From: Saccostrea cucullata
Lineage: Eukaryota
NCBI RefSeq assembly: GCF_032062105.1
Contig: NW_026938807.1
Location: 372,001 to 436,000, forward strand
Length of the DNA stretch: 64,000 bases
Direction of reading: 5' to 3'
Position numbers and translations under genes: made by a program. Shown piece after piece: positions 24,501 to 35,280 of the stretch. Each line of letters starts with the position of its first letter. The stretch's first letter is position 1. The notes under the pieces are model-generated. The model was not told where the DNA came from. It ran no database searches and saw only the letters and a list, made by a program, of their open reading frames with translations.

Positions 24501-27500
24501 TGGACTTCATCATCCAGTCGTTTGAGCTCTGACTCTCGCTGTTGTTTCTGGAAATGGAGAAACTTTCTCCTGGCAGCATCCAACAACTGAAGTTCCTTCA
24601 GTTTCACTTCCCTGTTCATCGCATACAGCCTAAAAAATACATTTGTCTGATTAATAGTAAATACTCTGAGGAACTCATATATATAATAAAAAAAAAATCA
24701 TAGATCTAAAAGATTTTGGGAATACTTTGTGAAAAAATGTAACATGGTTTAGTGAACAAATACATGTACATAATACAAAATGACAGAAGACTGGACAGCA
24801 GCATGTTTGACTGACCTCTTCCTCTGGTCCACTAGTTTCTGCTCCTCGGTCTGTATCATGTGCCTCCTCTTCTCCTCGGCCTCCAGGAGGAGCTGCTGCT
24901 GTCTGTACCAGGCCTCCTCCTCCTGCTGTCTCTTCACCGTCTCCTTCTGCATCTCCAGGGACACTTGTCTATACATACATGTAATATGTTATTATTAAAC
25001 ATTACAAGTAACTTAAAAAAGTGAATGTAGCAACAATATTGATCCTCTTGTACCCTGCATGTATTACAAGTATCATAAGATTTACATTCTTTAGCAAGAA
25101 AGATTTTCAGCAGAACAATACTAGTAACACTCTATCATCCAACATTCATGATGCAGCATAAATATCAAAGACCATATAAGACTTTTCCATGCATAATTTC
25201 CATAGAAAAGATGCCAGAAATACATATTTTATCTGGTTAACAGTAGTCTGATAAGTGTACACGAAGCAGACATTTAATTCTCACTGCTGTAATATCTGAC
25301 CTTTGCCTCATGTAATCCAGTTCCTCCTGCCTGATTCTCTCCCTTTCCTGTACCTGGTAGTCCACAATGAACTTGGGGTACTTGTTAAACACCGGGTACT
25401 GTCCGACAGTGAGGGGACGGAATTCCTCTAGGGAGTCCCGGGGGTGTATGTCCCCTGGGGTGGCCTCCATCAGTCTGTAGGCTTCCTTTATCACCCTCCT
25501 CACATCCACAGCATTACGATGATGGTAGAAATACTGCACAGTGAAGGAAATATAAAATGAACAGATCATGATCACTTGATTATATATTAATTTTCATACA
25601 TTTGTATTGTACCATGTGATTGCATCATAAATTGTAATTACATATTTAACTGTGTAACAATTTTTAGTTTAAAATTTCAAGAAATGAACATTAACAACTA
25701 GGTATTTTTCTTCAACCTTGGGTTTAAATGAACCATTTTATTTTCAGAATTGTAGACTTACTCTGAAGTCGTCCAGTTCTACACACTGCATCAGTGGTCC
25801 CCGGGCAGACATGGCGTAAGCAACCACCACCATCAGTAGAAAGGAGGGGTGGTTAGTGAAGACGTTATCAAACAGCATCAGCCACTCGTCCCGAGTCAGG
25901 ACCTCGGAGAACAGGGTCTCCAGTAACGGCCATGCATAGATCTGCAGCAGGAAAAAATAACACTGATCACAACAGGATAACTTACAAATTAAAAATACAT
26001 AAAATAACTGCCCAATCTAATTAAAATCAGACTTCTTAGATCTGCGCGGTGTATTCACACTTACGCAGAGTGAATACGGCACGGATCTAAGAAGTCTGAT
26101 TTTGATTAGATTGAATAACTGCCAAGCCAGCATTTAGTTCTCTTCAAGTGTTGAGTAATTTATCAGCTATGATCACAAAAGCTGATTCATCAAAATGACT
26201 TCCAGCAAATGTTCAAAGATTTAACTTTTTTGTAGATGAAGAAATTATATAGATGAATGCCAATATAGATTTCTATAAATGTGTACAGTTGAATTATGTG
26301 TGCAGGCTGATGAATAAATTCAGGCACTACAAAATGTGGTAAAACTACACAGGGAAAGCATTTTACATATTGGTGTACTGATCTTTTCCTGGCATTGGTG
26401 ATTTCATTCATGATGAGATAATTTTGAATGCATATGTAACAAAAAATTGTAAGAATTCTATTACTATTGGTGTAAATGTCAACAATCAAAAAGGTAAGTT
26501 TATAACATTTAGCTGTGTATTTTTTTCAAAATTATTTTCAGAGAGCTGCATCAACTGAATCACGAACGTAGCTGAAGGAGAAACTTGTTAAAAAGTAACT
26601 CCTTCCATCATCCAGATACTGTACAGTTGATCCAAAATATGCATGTCCAGTATTTTCATTGTCCATATTTTCAGTACAATTGTACATTGAAATACATGTA
26701 TATTAACATGATTAAATAAATCACTTTTAATCAGGTCCAGCCCAAAGGCTTTTTCTACCTATATACCTTTTAATAGCTACCTATACATGCTATAGGTATT
26801 TACAGTATTTAAACCTACTTGAAGTAGCTTCTTCTGTCTATTTGGCCTTAATTCATATCATGTTTATTGTTATAACAGTGACTGTTTAAAAAAATTTAGT
26901 ACTCATCACATTGTGCTGTTCCCCACCCCTGCCATAAAATAAAAGTTAAGCAAACATAGGTAAAAATAGCTACTGAAGTAGGTTGACATACCTAAGTAGC
27001 TAAAACTAGCCACATAGGTAGAAATAGTCTTTGAAATGGACTTAAGTCCTGCTTATATTTGCTTAAATTCATAATTTTTTTTTAATTTTCCAAATTCACT
27101 TTTATAAACCATTAAAAAAAAATTATATCTTAAATATTTACAATTTATTGCATACTGTACATAATTATTAAAACATTTAAATACAAATTATGTACTTACA
27201 AAGCACTATACAAAAGCAACATGCACTAAAACATCATTTACAAGAGCTCAAACTGGAATGTCTTGCTTTGATTTTTTTGACATAGTCAATTCAAGCAAAG
27301 AAAGTCCACTTCAAATCAGATAATTTCTCAGTAAAAGAAACAAAAGACTATGCACTTCCATTACTTTCCTCACTTGACAAAAGAAAGTCAAATTCTGGTT
27401 TCTCAAATCCTTGGTTGAAGGCGGTAGTATTGACAATGTCAGAAAGTTGTTGAATGATCTCCCCATACATTCCAGGCTGTTTGGACGAGCTTCCTGTTAA

Positions 27501-30500
27501 CTCTGAACAAATGCTCAACAACTTTTTCTCCACTTGCATTTTCTGCTTCTTTGGTTTGGTGTTGCTGGTCCGATTTCTCTTATTAGCGAACCAGGCCTTG
27601 ACTTGTGCCACAGTTATCCCCCCTTCTCGAGCCAGCTGTTCCTTCTGTTCATCAGAAGGGTATGGGTGGTTGATGTTTTTCTCGAACCACTGTGACATGA
27701 TGGACGTGGCCTTGGAGTTGAGTTGACGAGAGCGTGGTCTCGTGGTTGTGGAACTGTCGGGGAGTTTATCCATGCTGATTTTGAGGAGCTGTAGACTACT
27801 ATACACTCGGTTAGTGAGGTGAGATCGCTGCTTTTCATGGTAGGCATGTATGCTGGTCATCTCTTTCAGATACTGTGATGGTGTATCAATATGATGAGCC
27901 TTTAGTTTAGCTACAGCATCCAGTCTCTGTGTTTCTATGGTGGCTAGCTGGGTGTTGTAAAATGTTTTTAGTTCCTGGACTTTGGGGTTGGAGTTCGCAG
28001 AAAATTCCAGGAATTGCTGCTGTAATGTTGTTTCTTGCACCACTGCATAAGAATATTCTGGCGTTGACTTGGATTCACAAGAAGGCACAGTATCCTCAGA
28101 GCACAGAGCATAGGGAACAGTCACCTGAAGACAGTCTGACACCAGAGTGGCCTGTAAATCCTCAAACATGGGGTGGGATGACAACCTAGCCAGTCCTTCA
28201 CATCCTGTCACATTCAGCTTAGAATTCTTAATTATTGATGCCATAATCAAAATGTTCAAATGGCAAAAAAAGTTCTGAATATTCTTCAAAGTCCAACACA
28301 GTTGAATTGTAACCTGTCACACACTTTCTCTGAGTAATAAGGAACAAGTTTGCAGGGCTGGAAGTCATTAAGTCTGTGAGCCTGTCCATGTGACCTCTGG
28401 TAATTAGTGTGGAGTCTCAAAGTCACCCAGATTTATTTTCCCACAGAACAGTGTTCACTGAGACCCTACCTTGACACATGCATTTCACAGATCATGCCTC
28501 TCCTGAACACCTACTCAGACTAACTGACCAATGAATAGCTCCCATTGCATGACAATGGACCAATCAGAATGCTTGGTTTGCCTGTCATGATCCTGTGTAT
28601 CACAGTTATTATTTTTAATGATACACAATAAAACAAATGATAATTGTGTTATTGTTGTTACAAAATGCAACCAATGAAGTTTGGCTTGGAACAAAACAAG
28701 GTGATTGAGAGGCAATCACATACAGTCAATATAGGAATGGATACAGGTAATTTTCCCAGGCTCTCAAGCATTATTATCATTCTCAATCAACACTATAATT
28801 TTGACATTACCTTAATTTTTTAAGTTTTAATTTTTTATTTCTCAAATGAGATCCTTTTTTCAATGTCTAATAATAATATAAGTGCAATGTTGTTTTTTTG
28901 TTTTAAGTCACTTCAGTTAAAAAAAATTGTATCTTTTGGAATCAGAATAATTTGTCTTCAAATAAAATTATCAAATGGTAACATATATTTATTTTTGCAC
29001 CTTGAGTCTGAGATAAACGTGAGCTCATGAGTTCTATGGCCCTGGAGCCTGATTTTCTAATGGACTTTTGCAAGGAGCACTGACTATTACAGTTGACAGC
29101 TTACTTTTACATTAGAACAATGTATGGAAGCTCTTTTACAAATATAAATAGCCCAATATTTAATTCAACAAAAATAACTGCTTATTTCAATGCACATATC
29201 AGTCGACCTTGAAGAAAACAACAACAACCCTACCCTCAACTCCCGTCCTTCATATTTTAGTGTTCCTTATACCATACAATTACACTTCTACTAGTATTGA
29301 GAAAAAATTATTGTAAGGTAAACATTTCGTTCAACAACAAATACTATGACTGTCTGATGAAAATGCAAATGTGCATGAATATTTTTAATTCAATTGTAAT
29401 CATGCAATTTCTTAGGTAGATAAAAGGAGTTGTGGAAAGTCGGTCAATTGGATGAAATCAGAACACAAGAGAAGAAGAGCAATGGTCAAGCAGTGGTTCT
29501 AAACTATGAAATTCTACCCAATAAACAAAAACATGTTTTGCCTCAGCAAAACAATATTTTCTTTAACAACAAATAAAGCACAAGACATGATAATTGGAAT
29601 TTGGAAAGGATATTTTTCATCATTGAATATAAAACAAACCTAGATGACTATATCCAAGGGTAAATAATACATAACACATGTAGACCACACAGATTTAATT
29701 TACACCCAATACATTTTTTTGCACAAATAATTTTCTCATCTGAAAGCTTCTCTTGAGATTTTGCTCCCATCATTTTCAGGACAATAATTACTTTTTTCTT
29801 TTGTATTCTGACAAAATGCATGGTACCCTGGTATTGCTTTTAAATATGAATGTTTATGCCACTTATAGTTTGAACTTAGCACTTTCTAGGAAGTGCATAG
29901 TCTGGTTCATAAAATAACTTTTAAAACAGCCAATACATTCCACATCAAGAATTTTGTTTTAAAGCATTTCATTATGAACTGGAATCTAATAGCTACCCTT
30001 TTTTTAATCTCAATGATTTTCTCTAACAAATTACACAAGACCTCTTTCCATGAATTAAATGCTTGCTTACTCATACATATATATTTAAGTAAATAAAATG
30101 ACAAAACAATAAAAAACATTAGTAGAAAATAATTTGCAGCTATATTAAAAGTAAAATAGGTTCTGAATACTTGAAACATGAAATAACGTTATCGGGTACT
30201 TGTTGCTAACACCTGATTAATCACCTGAGATATACGAACTTACCTGTGATGTGACCCCGTACTTAACAAAGTGCTGTAGTAAGTATTTATCATGGTGAGC
30301 TAGGACATTTTCAATCATGGCTAGAATGTTGATGGGTGGATTAGGAAAATACTCAAACCAATGCTCTCCCCAGTTTACTGCAAAAGAAAATTGAAATATA
30401 ATAAAAAAAAATTAAAATTATAAAAAATGGTTGGTAATAGGACAGGATTGTGAAATGGAAAAAGTAACAATGATATCCCTACATCATAGATGCTTTACAC

Positions 30501-33500
30501 TGTTATGTTGATAAGTCCCCCTCCTTAAATTTTTCTAATCATATATTAAAAAAATCATCCTCTCCCTAACAACCACAATACAAGAAACAAGGTAGCTATA
30601 GATTTACATAAGTCCCCTTGATCCTGCCATCCTTCAGAAAATTGAGTTTAAAAGATTAAATTAATCTTTCATCCCTATTCTTAAATAATTTTTGATCCTG
30701 TGACCTTGAAATTTGACCTACTTTTCAATTTTTTTTTAAAAAAGCTACAGCTTGTTTGCATCTCAAGAGATATAGCTCTCAAAATTTTCATTACGTTTTA
30801 TGTGCAATACTTTTGACAAGACATTTTAGAATGCATTATGAAAAATACCTACCCATAAATGATGCTAAGATTTCAAAACAAACAAGATGGTTATTCTGGA
30901 ACAGTTTGACAAATGGGAATGCTAAGACAGGAAGGTACTGGGTTTCTCCAAAGATCGGGGACCAGTGAGCAAGGGCAGATAATATCCTGAAAAATACAAT
31001 AGTAAGGACATATATTGTACAAAATCTATAGTCTACATGTATACATTATATCTTAATGAATATTAGCATTTACTATGTATGTGTACAAGTCTACACTACA
31101 AGATATAAAAACATTCGTTTACATGTATATCTTTTCTGAGCATTTGTAGTCAAAGTAAGGGTATCAACTTGTATAAAAATACATTGCAGCTTTTTAAATT
31201 CCGAAAACCAACTTTCAGAAAAAGCTGATTGTAGATTGATGCTTTGCTTACATCAGAAGTGTAATCATTGACAAACATTGTGTATTGAGGTTTAAGTTCA
31301 ATTAAAAAAAAAAGTTTATGCATACCTCTGCAAGATGCGTAACAGTTTCCTGCTTTTGACAGGGTAGTCTTCGTGAATTTTGGAATATGCTGGATGTGTG
31401 CCTTTGTCAACAAGGGCAGCATATGCCGTGTGGTTCTCTGGTAATCGCAGAATAGACCTCCAAATAAACATTCTATATTTAGCTGGGTATTCTCCGTATC
31501 CCTTTAATATGGCCTTTAATCTGTCAGCATTTAATGTTTCTGGAAGTTCCTTCTACAACAGACATACATCAAATTATTTTTTTTAATCATCTAACACACA
31601 ATTTAAACTGTTTTTACAATGATCTCAAATGTAACAAAATCCAAAGTGTGCTAAATATCATTTTCAGAAATTCTTTGTTACACTAAAAAAAATCTTCATA
31701 TGGAGTACGAAACTTAGATTTAACATAACTAATACGATCAGAGAGAACATGCTGGTTCTTTTAACTTTTTAAAATTAATTCTTCTTTTATGTAGAAAGTA
31801 GTTAATGACATTGACCTCTATATCTGAGTCCTCTAGGCGGTTTTCTTTACCCCTGGCTGGAGCTGATAATGACCGGTTTTTCTTGAGTATGGATGACCGC
31901 TCAGTGGACATTGTCTCCGACATCTTGTTGTTGGTGACCACTTTGACCAGAGGAGCTGGAGGCTGTAAAGAACTTCTTATCATGAAATGATTGCACATTG
32001 CATGATGCTTGATCTAATTAAAACTAGATGTATACATATAAGTCTTGTACATTTCTGATTTGTTTATTACTAATTAGTGCTTGTTTCGAATCTGAATCCA
32101 CCACTGACCCACAACAGTACATGATGCCATACAAAACAAGGGATCAACAAATTACCTTGCTGAGTTCATCAGACATGGTGTGCAGATTGTAGACATGTAA
32201 ACTCCCGTCCTCCATGACCGCCACTAGATACCGCCCCCCGGGACTGACCGTCACATTGTTAATTCTGTTCTCCACCCCTCCCACATCAAACAAAAGCTTA
32301 CAAGTGTTGATATTGATAAACCGAATAATTCCATCCTGGCTTAAAACTCCCAATGTCTGAAATAAAAGAACGATCTGATTTTTCATAATCCAAAAAATTG
32401 TTTTATCATAAAGACAAATTGGCTATGTATACACAAATATGTATGTTTTTAAAAAATGTTTGTTTTGAAACCTTGAGATAAAATTACAATTATGTTTAAT
32501 TAAACAGTTTAGTGTCAAACCTGACTAGCTCCTGCATCAAAGTTATCAGGTAGAAACACAAGTTGTTTGACTGTAGTGACTTTAATTGGTAACTCTATAA
32601 TCCTTAGCAGTCTATGAGTGTCTAAATCCCAGAGATGAATAAACCGGGATCTTCCTCCAGCTGCCAAAAGTCTTCCATCCCTATGATATGGAAGATGAAA
32701 GGAAAACATTAAATCAACATTTCCATCATCAGAACGCATACATACATGTGAATCAATCCAATTTCTTCCATAACATAATAAATGAACAAAATACCTTGTG
32801 GGAGCATATGCCTTATAGTGGGGGGATTTGCCAGGAGGAACAGGGAGCTGGTATTTACAGTTGAGGGTGTCAGACTCCCATCCAAATATTGTGTCATCCT
32901 TAAAACCGGTGATGATGGTGTTACTCAGGGGCAGGAAAAACACCTGGAATACAACAAAAATATGATGTATATTGTTACTGCAGTCTGTTTACATCTTATA
33001 TAATATACATGTATATGAAAGGAGAATGATTCCATTCCTAAATTGGCCTGTCTTAAGAACTTTTTAAAGATTTTTCAATTATTATAGAACATCAGTGTAA
33101 AGACTTTTTATTACAAAAACAAAATAATGAAATTTTATATTCTGAGATACATGTAGAAACACAACCTTTAAAATGCACTTGCTGTAAGTAAATTCCAATT
33201 TAAATGTAAAATGTTTAGAGTAACTATAATATAAATACCTGCACAATGCCTACGTCCTCCTTGATATTTAGTTTTCGTTTGCGCTGGAAGGTGTCTAAAT
33301 CCCAGAGCTGTGCGACGTCAAAGGAAGTTGTGAGGGCGTACCTCCCCGAGGCATGGACTGATATACTGCTGATGGCAGACTCATGGCCCTTCATCCAGGC
33401 TACCATCTCCTTTGTATCTAAAAGATTTTATCATCAAGTTCTTACTTAATTTTAACATTTTATATACACATATAAATAATACTTTATTATAGTAATTGGA

Positions 33501-34466
33501 CAATTATTAAATTTAGCCATAAATATGCTAAATATTTTATACAGCTTACAGTTTTATTGTTAACATTACAACATTCAGGATTAATCTTAATTCACGAAAA
33601 TGTATATTCATGTACCTGTATCAAAACATTTCAATGAATAGTCTGATAAGCCGACAAGGAATTCTGTTTTTCTGCGCAAGTTGTAGGCTAGTGCTGTACA
33701 TGGATGGCCACATTTCTGTGTGAGAGCAAACCTATTGGAAAAATCAAAATAATAAAAAAAAAAATAGGCACTCAGAATAGCATTTAACTTATATGCAGCT
33801 GTATATTTATTAAATCAAGATGTTACAGAATATGAATCTAAACTTTGCTTCAATGTAGGTCTATAGGGAAATATGCAAAATGATTTTTTTTTTAAAACTG
33901 TACCTGTTTTTGTTGAGGTCAAATAAAAATATGTTCCCTTGGTGATCTCCCGCTATGAAGCAATCTCCGGTGTTATCAAATGATGTGTGTAAAAACCTTA
34001 TACTCCTTCCATTCTGTGATAAAGGTCCAGACTGACTGTTGGTTATTGAAACCATTAACCTACAAAGTCAAAAGAACTAATTCACTTTTTGCCATCTCAC
34101 TCTAGAAAAAGGAAATTCAATATGCAAGTTTCGTGATTATCTCCCTTGGTGTGCGTTTATGAAGAAATACAGTGAATAGCTTATTATCACTATAAAAGTA
34201 GACATATATTGAGCTAAAGATTTCATTAACAAAACATTTTAACAATTCCGGTCCTTGCTAATATTGAAAAAAAATTATCAGTCTTCCAGCTGTTTTTTTT
34301 TATAATAATTGTTTCATCTTTCTTGGGGTATATATAGGATTTGAATTTGAGCACTCTTCCAGCAGCCGTTATGTTAAATGTAAATTTACCCATTGTCAGT
34401 TGATGGAGTTGGTTTTCTGTGCCAAATTTTTCCTGATGTTCTTTTACAAACATCTAAAGACTGCAT
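21579..34466 (-). CDS. TBC1D31: TBC1 domain family member 31 (WDR67): WD40 + Rab-GAP TBC + coiled coil
   Basis: N-terminus MQSLDVCKRTSGKIWHRKP. 21 GT-AG exons: 34466-34390, 34059-33904, 33731-33616, 33417-33239, 32943-32795, 32680-32521, 32356-32156, 31962-31816, 31552-31326, 30986-30853, 30377-30244, 25941-25762, 25533-25301, 24968-24816, 24629-24494, 24407-24315, 24164-24024, 23940-23824, 22932-22855, 22759-22603, 21802-21579. Motifs GHESAISSISVH, LWDLDTFQRKRKL, LKGYGEYPAKYRMFIWR, GQYPVFNKYPKFIVDYQ. Confidence 0.93.
22030..22625 (-). repeat. 39-bp minisatellite seeded on the TBC1D31 penultimate-exon donor
   Basis: Unit GGCGTACTGTACGCCACCAGAA|GTAAGTCATACAAACAG. 15 GTAAGT copies (plus-strand ACTTAC from 22053 to 22597), all 39 bp apart except one 37-bp step (22209-22246). 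Confidence 0.95.
23230..23622. mobile_element. 393-bp MITE, PIF/Harbinger- or Zator-like
   Basis: ~33-bp TIRs GGCCATAATAAATAAATTGCTAGATTCTCATCC / GGATGAGAATCTACGAATATTTTTATTATGGCC with TAA on both sides. Confidence 0.85.
26013..26113. mobile_element. 101-bp palindromic mini-MITE with 10-bp TSD (Mutator-like)
   Basis: Near-perfect fold-back CAATCTAATTAAAATCAGACTTCTTAGATC...GATCTAAGAAGTCTGATTTTGATTAGATTG. AATAACTGCC at 26003-26012 and 26114-26123. Confidence 0.85.
26733..27043. repeat. Decayed long inverted repeat (old MITE)
   Basis: GTCCAGCCCAAAGGCTTTTTCTACCTAT pairs with ATAGGTAGAAATAGTCTTTGAAATGGAC. AACCTACTTGAAGTAGCT pairs with AGCTACTGAAGTAGGTT. Confidence 0.65.
27348..28244 (-). CDS. 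Divergent TALE-class homeobox protein, 298 aa, single exon, nested in a TBC1D31 intron (spiralian-specific TALE/SPILE-like)
   Basis: Homeodomain RSRQLNSKATSIMSQWFEKNINHPYPSDEQKEQLAREGGITVAQVKAWFANKRNR with the TALE PYP loop. First ATG at 28244 (ORF-track start is TTG). AATAAA at 27149-27144. Lies in intron 25942-30243. Confidence 0.9.
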   Translation of the reverse strand: MASIIKNSKLNVTGCEGLARLSSHPMFEDLQATLVSDCLQVTVPYALCSEDTVPSCESKSTPEYSYAVVQETTLQQQFLEFSANSNPKVQELKTFYNTQLATIETQRLDAVAKLKAHHIDTPSQYLKEMTSIHAYHEKQRSHLTNRVYSSLQLLKISMDKLPDSSTTTRPRSRQLNSKATSIMSQWFEKNINHPYPSDEQKEQLAREGGITVAQVKAWFANKRNRTSNTKPKKQKMQVEKKLLSICSELTGSSSKQPGMYGEIIQQLSDIVNTTAFNQGFEKPEFDFLLSSEESNGSA

Positions 34467-34869
34467 CTTCTTTGGTACCCTTCTTCTCTATAAAAAGAAG
34501 TAAAATAAAAATATAATTCAGCATAATTATAAGTTGCAGCAGCAGCACAATATCATTTGTTTGTCATTCTATCATGTCTATGGTTATCTATGGTACTTGT
34601 AAACTAAAGACATTTAGAAGTAAAATCTGCAGTCAAAGTAAGAGATATAGCAATGAAAAGAATATTTTACAATATTGATTTGCAACCATCAGCATAGGGA
34701 AAATTAGCTTCTCTTAGAGCAACACTTTTGTAGAGAGGTAACTAATTTTTCAAAATTTAAATAAATGATGTCAGGGGGTTGTTTAAAATCGTCGTTTCAA
34801 AATCAATCATGCTATATTTCAAACTTCAATTTCAAACAAATACAACATTATTTAAAAAATAAAGTACTT

Positions 34870-35280
34870 ACATGCTTTACATGAATTTACTGTACATATG
34901 TCAACATCATTTTTACCGTTTTCATTCGAGACCAAACATGTTATTGAATTTGACGCGCTATAAATAACATTTGAAATAGCAAAACGAATATTAAAATTTT
35001 GTCTTTAAATTAATTTTTATTTATATGAAAATATTTTAAGATAAATATGCATCTGAAATGCACATAAATAAAATTTATATTAAATTCATAGCAATTATTA
35101 AATTTGATTTTTTTTTTCGTTTTAGCAAATATAATTACTAAATTTTACATATGGTACTTCCGGTTTTGAAACCAAGTTTGTTTTGGTTTAGGACACGTCA
35201 GATAATTATTTTTTTGTAGATTGTGTGATTTGGTACATTTAAAAAGACGTTGTAGCGTCAGAAATTAACTAAGAAGAAAG
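34870..35280. promoter_or_regulatory. Short bidirectional promoter/5'UTR region shared by TBC1D31 and DERL1
   Basis: ATGs are 815 bp apart, head-to-head. Candidate TBC1D31 5'UTR donor (minus GTAAGT) near 34870. ETS motif ACTTCCGG (35156-35163) and XBP1/UPRE-like GACACGTCA (35192-35200). Confidence 0.6.
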
